Assembly (NCBI GenBank): GCA_947653875.1
Contig: CANTIK010000010.1
Location: forward strand, 12,366-76,365
Length of the DNA stretch: 64,000 nt
DNA from: an uncultured Clostridia bacterium
GTDB lineage: Bacteria; Bacillota; Clostridia; Oscillospirales; Oscillospiraceae
Direction: 5' to 3'
Of this stretch, positions 37,918 to 46,677 are shown one piece after another. The position numbers and the translations under genes are program-made. How positions within the stretch are numbered: position 1 is the first letter of the stretch; each line of letters begins with the position of its first letter. Under the pieces are notes generated by a model. The model was not told the origin of the DNA. It made no database searches and worked only from the letters and a program-made list of their open reading frames with translations.

Positions 37918-38928
37918 GTGAATACTGAAGCCACTTTTGCAGAAATCAGAAATAGATATTCTGATGAATACTATAGTACAGAGAATTCCATTCTTGTCCA
38001 GGGGGATTCCTTGGAACTGTTAAAAAAAATTCCTGACCATAGTGTCGCACTGATTTTGACGGACCCGCCCTATCATTCAACCAAAAAGCGCAACATAATC
38101 GGTGATACCAACTTCTCAAAAGATTCTGAATATATCGAATGGATGAAAAAATACGCAATAGAATGGAAAAGAGTCCTGAAACATAACGGCAGTATTTTTT
38201 GCTTTTGTTCCTCAACAATGTCGGCACAGCTGCAGGTAATGTTCTCTGCGTATTTCAATGTATTATCCGAAATTGTCTGGACGAAGCCAAATGCTCCCGG
38301 GTATGACGGCTGGAAGCAAAAGATGAAAAAAGAAGCTCTCCGTCAATGGTATTCTTATTCGGAACGCATCATTTTTCTTGAAAATGCCGCGGAGGGGAAT
38401 TTATTCAAAAGTTATTTTGGCGGGCGGCTTACTGCCTGGAGAAAAAGCGTTAATATGACCACAATCAAACTGGCTGAGCTAACTGGGGCATATGGCAAAG
38501 TCAACCACGGAGGGGCTGTTGCAAATTGGGAAGCAGGACGAAATATTCCGAGCAAGGAACAGTATGAAAAACTTAAAAAGGCACTTTCGGAAGCAGGCGT
38601 CCCTGACCTTCCGGAGTATGAAGATGTCATCCGTCCATTTAATGTAAGTAAAGATATTGAATTTACAGATGTTTGGTCTTTTGAAAATGTGCGGCAGTAT
38701 AAAGGCAAGCACCCGGCCGAGAAGCCTGTGGATTTATTGGAACATGCTATAAAGGCAACCACATATGAAGGCGACATTGTCTTGGATTGTTTTGCCGGTT
38801 CTGGATCGACGGGCGTTGCCGCACTGCACTTAGGCAGAAGAGCGGTCTTGTTTGAAATTGATCCAGCATGGTGCAGCTATGGGAGAGATTGTCTGCATGG
38901 CAGCAGCGCTTTCAGCGTCATTGGATAA
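37918..38928 (+). CDS. Type II DNA methyltransferase, beta-class N6A/N4C (DPPY before FxGxG)
   Basis: GTG start after GGAGGA. TDPPYHS motif IV, C-terminal DCFAGSGSTG motif I, HTH-like insert (TTIKLAELTG...ANWEAGRNIP) between them. AT-rich. Confidence 0.85.
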   Translation: MNTEATFAEIRNRYSDEYYSTENSILVQGDSLELLKKIPDHSVALILTDPPYHSTKKRNIIGDTNFSKDSEYIEWMKKYAIEWKRVLKHNGSIFCFCSSTMSAQLQVMFSAYFNVLSEIVWTKPNAPGYDGWKQKMKKEALRQWYSYSERIIFLENAAEGNLFKSYFGGRLTAWRKSVNMTTIKLAELTGAYGKVNHGGAVANWEAGRNIPSKEQYEKLKKALSEAGVPDLPEYEDVIRPFNVSKDIEFTDVWSFENVRQYKGKHPAEKPVDLLEHAIKATTYEGDIVLDCFAGSGSTGVAALHLGRRAVLFEIDPAWCSYGRDCLHGSSAFSVIG

Positions 38929-38963
38929 CAAAAAACCTGAGTGTTTTATACTCAGGTTTTTTG
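38929..38963. terminator. Bidirectional terminator between the convergent M and R genes
   Basis: CCTGAGT/ACTCAGG stem flanked by A6 and T6 runs. Confidence 0.65.
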
Positions 38964-38969
38964 TTGGCT

Positions 38970-39968
38970 TTACTGCAGATAACCGGCTTCCTTATTTTGG
39001 GCAATCACTTTTTGCATCCAATCGAGCGTAGGGTATATACCTGCATCTTTTACGACTACGTTGCAGAAATGGCAGCCCCATCCAAGATTATATGGGCGAT
39101 GATTAAACGCTCCGAATTTTAGCTCTTCAATATGGAACAAGTTGACTTGGGTTACCGTGAGATCCGGCACTTCCCGGCCTTCAGGCTGGGCTAAACGGTT
39201 CAGAAACTCTTCTCCGGATAGTTCCTTCAGGCAAAGAGGACAAATCGTATGATTTAGAGAATTGATAATTCTTTTGAACCGCAGTTTTTCAAAATCAAGC
39301 AAGCCGTGCCTTTGGCTTTTGTCCAAAACCAAACGTTTTCGCAATTCGGCATCTTCACGCCGCATACCATTATTGGCCATTGTTTCAAGGGAGTCCCTGC
39401 ACAGCCAGAAAATCGCTTCTAACTGCAGTCTGCATTCCTTGATTGTGTCCTTTGACGCGTACTCATATAATCGGATGCCAGCTCCTTTGGAAGATTGGGC
39501 AGCATAGCCCAGATTGACTTTTTGCGCGCGGCCAGCATCAATTGACGTATTGGCAGGAACACGCGCGGCATACTGCCCGCCTAATGGCGCGGTTCTGCTG
39601 TTTGCATATATCCATCCATAATTATCGGGCGAATAGGCTTCCCAATCTGCGCGGGTTTCATAAAAGACGAGAGCGTTTTCTCCTAAAGCCAGATCAAATT
39701 TTTGAAAATACTCTGTCGGGTTTTCTATGGAAAAATAATCTGCCGGAGAAATCAATACGATATATCCACATTCAAATTGATCGGACATATCTCTTAACGC
39801 GGGACTTTCCTGCCATTGATGGAAGGGAATCAAAACGGTATTGCTGCGCGAAACACGATTTTGAAAAATAACGTCGTCATCAGCACCTCTGGTCTGTCCT
39901 GTTTTGCTGAGTTTCTGTTCCAGCAGTTGTGGTAATTTCGGTAATCCAGGTTTACTACGTCTCGGCAT
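38970..39968 (-). CDS. Putative type II restriction endonuclease with C-terminal beta-beta-alpha-Me (HNH-like) Cys/His module
   Basis: 332 aa, AT-rich, convergent with the methyltransferase. CPLC...LFHIE...FNH...GWGCHFCN motif. Confidence 0.55.
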   Translation of the reverse strand: MPRRSKPGLPKLPQLLEQKLSKTGQTRGADDDVIFQNRVSRSNTVLIPFHQWQESPALRDMSDQFECGYIVLISPADYFSIENPTEYFQKFDLALGENALVFYETRADWEAYSPDNYGWIYANSRTAPLGGQYAARVPANTSIDAGRAQKVNLGYAAQSSKGAGIRLYEYASKDTIKECRLQLEAIFWLCRDSLETMANNGMRREDAELRKRLVLDKSQRHGLLDFEKLRFKRIINSLNHTICPLCLKELSGEEFLNRLAQPEGREVPDLTVTQVNLFHIEELKFGAFNHRPYNLGWGCHFCNVVVKDAGIYPTLDWMQKVIAQNKEAGYLQ

Positions 39969-40000
39969 GTTTACTTTCCTCCATAAATATTTTTTTCCTA

Positions 40001-40029
40001 TCTATAGCAAGCTTCAGAATTCATGACAA
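40001..40029 (-). promoter_or_regulatory. Sigma-A-like promoter inside repeat copy C, driving the endonuclease gene
   Basis: Minus strand TTGTCA, 17 nt spacer, TATAGA, about 30 nt upstream of the RBS/ATG at 39968. Confidence 0.5.
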
Positions 40030-40069
40030 AAAGGAGAGGAGGACAAAGCGCGCAGGGCAAGGCGGAGGA
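40003..40069 (-). repeat. 67 bp repeat, copy C (inverted partner of 26974-27041)
   Basis: Reverse complement matches copy A, including the promoter hexamers and the GAATTC/AAGCTT-containing spacer. Confidence 0.8.
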
Positions 40070-40115
40070 TGTGGGCGGCAGCGAAGCCCTGCGCCATTTG
40101 GCGTCTGACGGCAGT

Positions 40116-41294
40116 TCACCAAAGCTTGAACGTCTGAATCCCCCACTTGGCAGCCTTATAGGACAATGTCTCCAGCTCTGAGGCCGCCTCCTTCAGCAGC
40201 TGCCGGACGGGCAGCTGCTGGGGACAGTGGCTCTCACATTTTCCGCAGCCCACGCACAAGGAGGCGCTGCTGGGGTTCTGCCGCATGGCGGTACACTGCA
40301 GATAGTCCCGCCGGCCGGAAGCGCGTCCCTCGGCATACATGGCGTTATAGCACCGGAAGGTCCCCGGGATATCCACACCCTTGGGGCAGGGCATGCAATA
40401 CCCGCAGCCGGTGCAGCCAACCTTCATATACCGCCGGATCTCCTCCCTGACCCGTTCCACCAGAGCCCGGTCGCCATCCGTCATACACCCCGGCAGGCAC
40501 GCGGAAGCCAAAGCGACATTCTCCTTCACCATCTCCATGGAGTTCATGCCGGACAGGACACAGGTCACCTCCGGCTGGTCATACAGCCACTTGAACGCCA
40601 GGGCGGCAGGGGTACGGCCCTGGGGATCGTTTTGGAACAGCGCCCTGGCCGTCTGGGGCAGCATGTTCACCAGCCGCCCGCCCCGGAGGGGCTCCATGAT
40701 AACCACCGGCAGGCCCTTGGCATGGGCGTACCGCAGGCCCTCCACTCCGGCCTGGGAGGTCTCATCCATGTAGTTGTACTGAATCTGGCAAAAGTCCCAG
40801 TGGTAGGCGTCCACCAGCTGCTTGAACACAGGGGCGCTGCCATGATAGGAAAAGCCGATGTTCCGGATCTCCCCGGCCTCCAGCTTGCCGGCAATCCAGT
40901 CCTCTATCCCCAGGGCTTTCAGCTTCTCCCAGGTGGCGGCGTCGGTGAGCATGTGCATGAGGTAGTAGTCGATATGATCCGTCCCCAGGCGGCGCAGCTC
41001 CTCCCGGAAGATCTTTTCCGCGCCCTCCACGGACTTGATGAGGTAGTGGGGCAGCTTTGTAGCCAGATAGACCTGGTCCCGGCGTCCGTTCCGGCGGAGG
41101 ATCTCTCCCACCGCCGCCTCGTTTCCGGAATATATATAGGCCGTATCCAGGTAATTTACGCCGCCCTCAATGGCCGCCGTCACCTCACGCTCCGCCTTGT
41201 CCAGGTCTGTACCGCCTCCCTTCCGGGTAAAGCGCATACAGCCGTAGCCCAGGAGGGAGATGTCCTTCCCCTTCTTGTCCTTCCGGTATTGCAT
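40116..41294 (-). CDS. Aldo/keto reductase with C-terminal 2x[4Fe-4S] ferredoxin domain
   Basis: Start at MQYRKDK. AKR motifs (LDTAYIY). CTGCGYCMPCP and CVGCGKCESHCP clusters. Confidence 0.85.
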   Translation of the reverse strand: MQYRKDKKGKDISLLGYGCMRFTRKGGGTDLDKAEREVTAAIEGGVNYLDTAYIYSGNEAAVGEILRRNGRRDQVYLATKLPHYLIKSVEGAEKIFREELRRLGTDHIDYYLMHMLTDAATWEKLKALGIEDWIAGKLEAGEIRNIGFSYHGSAPVFKQLVDAYHWDFCQIQYNYMDETSQAGVEGLRYAHAKGLPVVIMEPLRGGRLVNMLPQTARALFQNDPQGRTPAALAFKWLYDQPEVTCVLSGMNSMEMVKENVALASACLPGCMTDGDRALVERVREEIRRYMKVGCTGCGYCMPCPKGVDIPGTFRCYNAMYAEGRASGRRDYLQCTAMRQNPSSASLCVGCGKCESHCPQQLPVRQLLKEAASELETLSYKAAKWGIQTFKLW

Positions 41295-41514
41295 GATCCT
41301 GTCTCCTTTCGACAAAATGGGAGAAAATTCCCATCGTTCTCTTATGTGCGCCCCGCCTCCATCCGATAAAGGATAAGAAGAGATATGGCGCATGTGTCCG
41401 GGCCGGCGGGTTCCCGCCGGCCCTTCCCATAGGCCCGGGAATATTTATGATGACTTTTGTCCCCGGATGGAGTATAATACCATCATCACAACTTGAGCAT
41501 GGGAGGATCGTCCA

Positions 41515-42366
41515 TTGAGAAAGCTGAATGAATCCATTGACCGCTTCTGCGCCCTCCATCCCCGGCTGGGGATCACCGGGCTGATGCGATACATCGTTAT
41601 TGCCAATGCCGCCGTCTATATCCTGGGCCTGTTTGACCGGTCCGGGATGCTGTACCAGGTCCTGTTCATGGACCCCCAGGCGGTACTCCACGGCCAGATC
41701 TGGCGGCTGGTGAGCTATGTACTCATCCCCTCCAGCGACGGGTTCTGGCTGATAATCTCCCTGATGTTCTACTACTGGCTGGGAGAGTCCCTAGAGCGGC
41801 TGTGGGGAAGCACGAAGTTCACGGTCTACTACCTCAGCGGGACGCTGCTGTCCGCTCTGGCCGTCCTTCTGGTCTATTTCATCGACAAGATCCCCGTGCC
41901 CCTGGCCAGCGCGGGCTATGTGAATACCGCTCTCTTCATGGCCTACGCTCTCACCTATCCCGACGCCATGGTGCGCATCTATTTCATCCTGCCCGTCAAG
42001 ATGAAATGGCTGGCCATCCTGGAAGCCGCGCTGTACGTTTTCAGCGTCATTTCCGCCGCTGCGGCCGGCCTGTGGGGCATGGCGCTGCTGCCCATTGTGG
42101 CCATGCTGAACCTGTTCGTCTTCTTCTCCCCAGACTTCTCCCGACGGGCGGACCAGTTCCAGGCCCGGCACCGCTCGGAGGCCGTCCAGTTCCGCAAGGC
42201 GGTGAAGGAGCAGAAACGCCAGCGGGGCTACAACCACAAATGCGAGGTCTGCGGCCGGACGGACACGGATTTTCCGGATCTGCAGTTCCGCTACTGCTCC
42301 AAGTGTACGGGGTACCACTGCTTCTGCGAGGAGCATATTTTCAATCACATCCATCATACGGAGTAA
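41515..42366 (+). CDS. Rhomboid-family-like membrane protein with C-terminal Cys/His zinc-ribbon tail
   Basis: GQIWRLVSY...WLGESLE rhomboid-like helices. The canonical GxSG is not evident (LASAG). Tail CEVCG...CSKCTGYHCFCEEH. Confidence 0.6.
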   Translation: MRKLNESIDRFCALHPRLGITGLMRYIVIANAAVYILGLFDRSGMLYQVLFMDPQAVLHGQIWRLVSYVLIPSSDGFWLIISLMFYYWLGESLERLWGSTKFTVYYLSGTLLSALAVLLVYFIDKIPVPLASAGYVNTALFMAYALTYPDAMVRIYFILPVKMKWLAILEAALYVFSVISAAAAGLWGMALLPIVAMLNLFVFFSPDFSRRADQFQARHRSEAVQFRKAVKEQKRQRGYNHKCEVCGRTDTDFPDLQFRYCSKCTGYHCFCEEHIFNHIHHTE

Positions 42367-42372
42367 GCCTTT

Positions 42373-43215
42373 TTACAACAGTTCAATTACGCCGCAGGCG
42401 AATCCAAGCCACTCCGGATGCTCCAAGGCCATTTTTTGCAGAGAGGTGCCGCCGGCCGGCAGTTCCTTCCTGCCGTCAAAAAGATTCTCAAAAGCCTGTC
42501 CGGAATCGGCACAGCAGCCAATGACTGTGAACCGCTCCGCAAACTGCCGGATGCGGGAATCCGGGGGCAGGTGCGTCACCATAGGCGGATACAGCAGCCA
42601 GCTGTAGCAGAGGAACGCCCTGAATGGGTTGGCCGGAGCGCATTCCTTGAAAAAGCGTCCCGCTTCTTCCAGCGACCGGGCGGTCATTCCGGCATCCAGA
42701 TCTGTTCCGCGCTGTATATGGCAGTTGATGACCGGACTTCCCGCGGGTATCCGCTCTTTTTGCTCCTGCGTAAACGACATGTACGGTTCGCCGAGGGTTT
42801 CCTCATCCAGATATATCATTTCAAACGGCTGAAACTGCAGTGTGCCGAGCTTGAAGATGTTGATGTTCATGATATGGCGGAACCAGATCACGTCATCCTT
42901 TGACAGCCCGGCCTCGCCGGTCTTTTCCCGGTACAGTCCGGCCCGCAGGGAGACGTCTTTGAATGTCTCAATAATAACGTCGCCGGGCGTCCCCTTTTCC
43001 CTGTAAGCGTCATATTTTTCTGTCAGAAGACAGGTTATCACCGCCAGCCGCGTCAACGGTTCGGAACCGCAGAGGTGAAAGTCAAAGTCCTCTCCCCGGT
43101 ACGCTTCCGCCGCCAGCCTCCGGATTCGCTCCGGGCTCCGGCTGATTTCCCCGCGCACGGCGTCTTCCATGCCGTGCGCAAATTCCAGTTTGGGCAGCAG
43201 CGACTCCAAAGTCAT
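42373..43215 (-). CDS. Hypothetical protein (DUF5596/acyltransferase-like)
   Basis: Start at MTLESLL forms an ATGA overlap with the arsC-family stop. No clear catalytic motif recognised. Confidence 0.5.
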   Translation of the reverse strand: MTLESLLPKLEFAHGMEDAVRGEISRSPERIRRLAAEAYRGEDFDFHLCGSEPLTRLAVITCLLTEKYDAYREKGTPGDVIIETFKDVSLRAGLYREKTGEAGLSKDDVIWFRHIMNINIFKLGTLQFQPFEMIYLDEETLGEPYMSFTQEQKERIPAGSPVINCHIQRGTDLDAGMTARSLEEAGRFFKECAPANPFRAFLCYSWLLYPPMVTHLPPDSRIRQFAERFTVIGCCADSGQAFENLFDGRKELPAGGTSLQKMALEHPEWLGFACGVIELL

Positions 43216-43547
43216 TCCCACTGTTCCCACACCTCCGGGCAGTAGCCCACCGTGACCTGCTTCCCGTTGCGGACAATGGGGGTGCGGAACAGCTTGGGAT
43301 TCTCGAATAGCTTATCCTCCGCCGCTTCGGGGGTGATATACGCCATGTATAAGTCCTGATAGGCTTTACACTTTGTATCCACCAGCTGCTGAAAGGTCAG
43401 CTTCTGCCGGATGGAGCGGTATTCCCCCAGGGAGAAGCCCTTTTTCGGAAGATCGATGGACTGGTACTTGATGCGCCGCTCCTTGAACCAGCGCTCTGCC
43501 TTTTTGGTGTCGAAGCACTTGGATGAGCCGAAAATCTGGATATTCAT
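43212..43547 (-). CDS. ArsC/Spx/YffB-family protein
   Basis: 111 aa. MNIQIFGSSKCFDTKKAERWF thioredoxin-like N-terminus. Confidence 0.8.
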   Translation of the reverse strand: MNIQIFGSSKCFDTKKAERWFKERRIKYQSIDLPKKGFSLGEYRSIRQKLTFQQLVDTKCKAYQDLYMAYITPEAAEDKLFENPKLFRTPIVRNGKQVTVGYCPEVWEQWE

Positions 43548-43590
43548 AACGACAACTCCTTTGTTGATATGTTAATGGAGGTATATTTCC

Positions 43591-43880
43591 TTGAAATATG
43601 AGATCGTGAAACTCCGGGAGTGTCCGGAGAGGAAGGACGAGGCCGCGGTATGGTTCCATGAGAAGTGGGGCTATCCTCTGGAGGCCTACCGGGAGAGTAT
43701 GGAAGAGTGTCTGGCGGGCGGGGGCCCGGTTCCCCAGTGGTACATGGCTGTGGCGGAGGGACGGATCATACGTCGTTTTATGAGCGGTATGGATGGGAGT
43801 TTTTCTGCATGGCCTTGGGGGATGGGGAGGACAGGCCCAGCAGGATGTACCGGCGGCCCTGCGGGCCGCTCCTGCTCTGA
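43591..43880 (+). pseudogene. GNAT acetyltransferase with internal deletion/frameshift
   Basis: The N-terminal 60 aa are in frame 1. The C-terminal TDHTSFYERYGWEF...SRMY is in another frame. The acetyl-CoA-binding core is missing. Junction near 43759-43772. Confidence 0.55.
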
Positions 43881-43895
43881 TCTTTCGTTTAGATT

Positions 43896-44430
43896 CGTCC
43901 CTGCCGGGACGGGGGCGTACTTTTCGTGTGAACGAAAAGTACCAAAAGGTCACTTAGGAAACTGCGTTTCCTAAGAACCTTCCCTCATTACGGGGGTTAT
44001 TGGTTACGCTACGACCTTTGGACTGGCTGGGCTATCTCCGGTGCTATGGGCCGATGCCGGTGCATACTTCTGCGCACAGTCCTAACGATGGTGCTGGTTG
44101 CCTCGCGGCACTCGGCACGGGGGTCTGGTGGGGAGGGTGCGAATTTGAAGGATGTACCGTTAGACCGTGTGCCCCTTGCAGGGAGTACCCCTTTGAAAGA
44201 GCGGCAGCCGGAGTTCTACAAGTACCAGAGCGGCAGAAGGAGAACCGGAAATTCGGAGGCTTCGCCTCCCCAAAAACCCCGCCGCACAGTCCTTTGGTCC
44301 TCGCCGAGGATTTGCCGAACAGGCAAAGCCGAGAAGGGATTCTTAAACCGTCAGGTTTAAGTGACTTTTTGGTTACTTTTTGTTCACACAAAAAGTAACC
44401 GCAGGGCGTCCGGGGCCGCGCAGGCCCCGG
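43896..44430. repeat. Structured noncoding repeat, copy 2
   Basis: GC hairpins at 43896-43911 and 44410-44430. Terminal inverted modules at 43917-43980 and 44337-44400. Homologous to copy 1 in reverse orientation. Confidence 0.7.
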
Positions 44431-44513
44431 GGTATCGAAAAGAAACAGGCGGAGGCGGCCCGCAGGGCCGCAGATAAGACCACCGCGATACGCACATGAA
44501 GGAGGGCCCCCCT

Positions 44514-45224
44514 ATGATGGAAGCCGTCAAAAAACTGAAGGACTGGATCGACCAGAGCAGAAACATCGTCTTCTTCGGCGGAGCCGGCGTCAGCACGGAG
44601 AGCGGCATCCCCGATTTCCGCAGCACCGGCGGCCTCTATAACCAGGAATACGACTACCCCCCGGAGACCATCCTGAGCCACAGCTTCTATGAAGCAGACC
44701 CGGAGGAGTTTTTCCGCTTCTACCGCAACAAGATGCTCTATCTGGACGCCCAGCCCAACGCCGCCCACAGAAAACTGGCGGAGTGGGAAGCGGCGGGAAA
44801 GCTGAAAGCAGTCATCACCCAGAATATCGACGGCCTCCACCAGAAAGCGGGGAGCAGAAACGTCCTGGAACTCCACGGCAGCGTCCTGCGGAACTACTGC
44901 GCCAGGTGCGGTACGTTCTACGGAGTGGAGCGCGTTACCGGCAGTACCGGCGTCCCCCGGTGCCGGTGCGGCGGCATCATCAAGCCGGACGTGGTCCTCT
45001 ACGAGGAGGGCCTCAGCGAGGACGTGCTGGCAAGGTCCGTCTCCGCCATCCGGCAGGCGGATGTACTCATCATCGGGGGCACGTCTCTCACGGTGTACCC
45101 GGCGGCGGGGCTGGTGCGGTACTACCGGGGGGACAAGCTGGTTGTCATCAACAAGACCGCCCTGGGAACCGGGGCCGATCTCACCATCACGGAGCCTATC
45201 GGAGAAGTTATGGCTCAGCTCTGA
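44514..45224 (+). CDS. cobB: NAD-dependent protein deacylase (Sir2 family)
   Basis: GAGVSTESGIPDFRS, QNIDGLH, Zn-ribbon CxxC...CxC. Start 8 nt after GAAGGAGGG. Confidence 0.85.
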   Translation: MMEAVKKLKDWIDQSRNIVFFGGAGVSTESGIPDFRSTGGLYNQEYDYPPETILSHSFYEADPEEFFRFYRNKMLYLDAQPNAAHRKLAEWEAAGKLKAVITQNIDGLHQKAGSRNVLELHGSVLRNYCARCGTFYGVERVTGSTGVPRCRCGGIIKPDVVLYEEGLSEDVLARSVSAIRQADVLIIGGTSLTVYPAAGLVRYYRGDKLVVINKTALGTGADLTITEPIGEVMAQL

Positions 45225-45257
45225 TTATCATATCACAAAAAGACGGAAGAGGGAAGT

Positions 45258-46646
45258 ATGGAAAAAACGAGACGTCTGAGCAAAGACGATTTTTACAGCC
45301 AGATTTTCAAGCTGGTTCTGCCCATCATCATCCAGAACCTGTTGAGCGCCGCCGTCAGCTCCGCCGACGTGGTGATGCTCAACTATGTGGGACAGTCCTC
45401 CATCTCGGCGGTCTCCCTGGCCGCCCAGTACGCCAGCGTGCTGTTCATGGTCTTCTACGGACTGGGCACCGGCGTCACCATTCTCTGCGCCCAGTATTAC
45501 GGCAAGGGGGACATGCGGGCCATTCAGGTGGTGGAGGGCATCGCCATGCGCTTTTCGATCCCTATCGCGGCGGCCTTTGCGGCGGCGGCGCTGCTGATGC
45601 CGGAGACCATGATGCTGCTGTTCACCGATGACGCCGAACTCATTGCCATCGGCGCGTCCTACCTCCGCTGCATGAGCGCAGCCTACCTCTGCTGGGGTGT
45701 GGTTGAGGTCTATCTGGCGGTGCTGCGGAGCATCAACCGGGTGGTTATCAGCACCGTGATGAACGTGCTGGCCTTTTCCCTGAACATCATCCTCAACGCG
45801 GTATGGATCTTTGGACTCTTCGGCGCGCCCAGGCTGGGAGCCATGGGGGTGGCCCTGGCCACCAGCCTGTCCCGGCTCATCGAGCTGGCGGCCTGTATCG
45901 TGGTGTCCCTCTTCAGCAAGGACGTGCATCTGAATCTCCGGTACATCTTTGTGCGCAACAAGCTGCTGTTCTCCGACTTTGTCCGCCTGTCCCTCCCCGC
46001 TCTGGGGAACGATATCAGCTGGAGCGTTGCTTTCTCCATGTACTCAGTGATTATCGGCCATATGGGCACCGACGCGGTGGCGGCCAACTCCTTCGTGGTG
46101 GTGGTGCGCAACTTCGGCACCATCCTCTGTTTCGGCATGGCCAGCGCGGGCGGCATCCTTCTGGGGAATATCATCGGGGAGAACAAGCTGGAGGAGGCCC
46201 GGGCAGGGGCGAAAAAGCTGATGAAGCTGACGGTTATCACCGGAGCCATCGGCGGGCTGATCGTGCTGGCGGCCATGCCGCTGGTCATGGCCTACGCAAG
46301 GGAATCCCTGTCGGAGCAGGCCATGTATTATCTGCGGAATATGCTGTTCATCAATACCTACTACGTCATGGGCGCGGCGGTGAATACGACATTGATCGCC
46401 GGAGTGTTCCGGGCGGGAGGAGACAGCCGGTTCGGGTTTGTCTGCGATACCATCGATATGTGGTGCTACGCGGTGCCGTTGGGGTTCATTGCCGCGTTTT
46501 TGCTGAAGCTGCCGGTCATGTGGGTGTATTTCCTGCTGTGTACCGATGAATTTGTCAAGTGGCCCTGGGTCATTGGGCACTATCGGAGGGGGTCCTGGCT
46601 GAAGAATATTACCCGGGAGGGGCTTTTCACGGAGGAAAAAGGCTGA
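45258..46646 (+). CDS. MATE-family efflux transporter
   Basis: 462 aa, 12 TM, typical MATE N-terminus (ILKLVLPIIIQNLL-like). Confidence 0.9.
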   Translation: MEKTRRLSKDDFYSQIFKLVLPIIIQNLLSAAVSSADVVMLNYVGQSSISAVSLAAQYASVLFMVFYGLGTGVTILCAQYYGKGDMRAIQVVEGIAMRFSIPIAAAFAAAALLMPETMMLLFTDDAELIAIGASYLRCMSAAYLCWGVVEVYLAVLRSINRVVISTVMNVLAFSLNIILNAVWIFGLFGAPRLGAMGVALATSLSRLIELAACIVVSLFSKDVHLNLRYIFVRNKLLFSDFVRLSLPALGNDISWSVAFSMYSVIIGHMGTDAVAANSFVVVVRNFGTILCFGMASAGGILLGNIIGENKLEEARAGAKKLMKLTVITGAIGGLIVLAAMPLVMAYARESLSEQAMYYLRNMLFINTYYVMGAAVNTTLIAGVFRAGGDSRFGFVCDTIDMWCYAVPLGFIAAFLLKLPVMWVYFLLCTDEFVKWPWVIGHYRRGSWLKNITREGLFTEEKG

Positions 46647-46677
46647 GCCAGCCCGCCGCAGGCTGGAGGTCCGGCGT

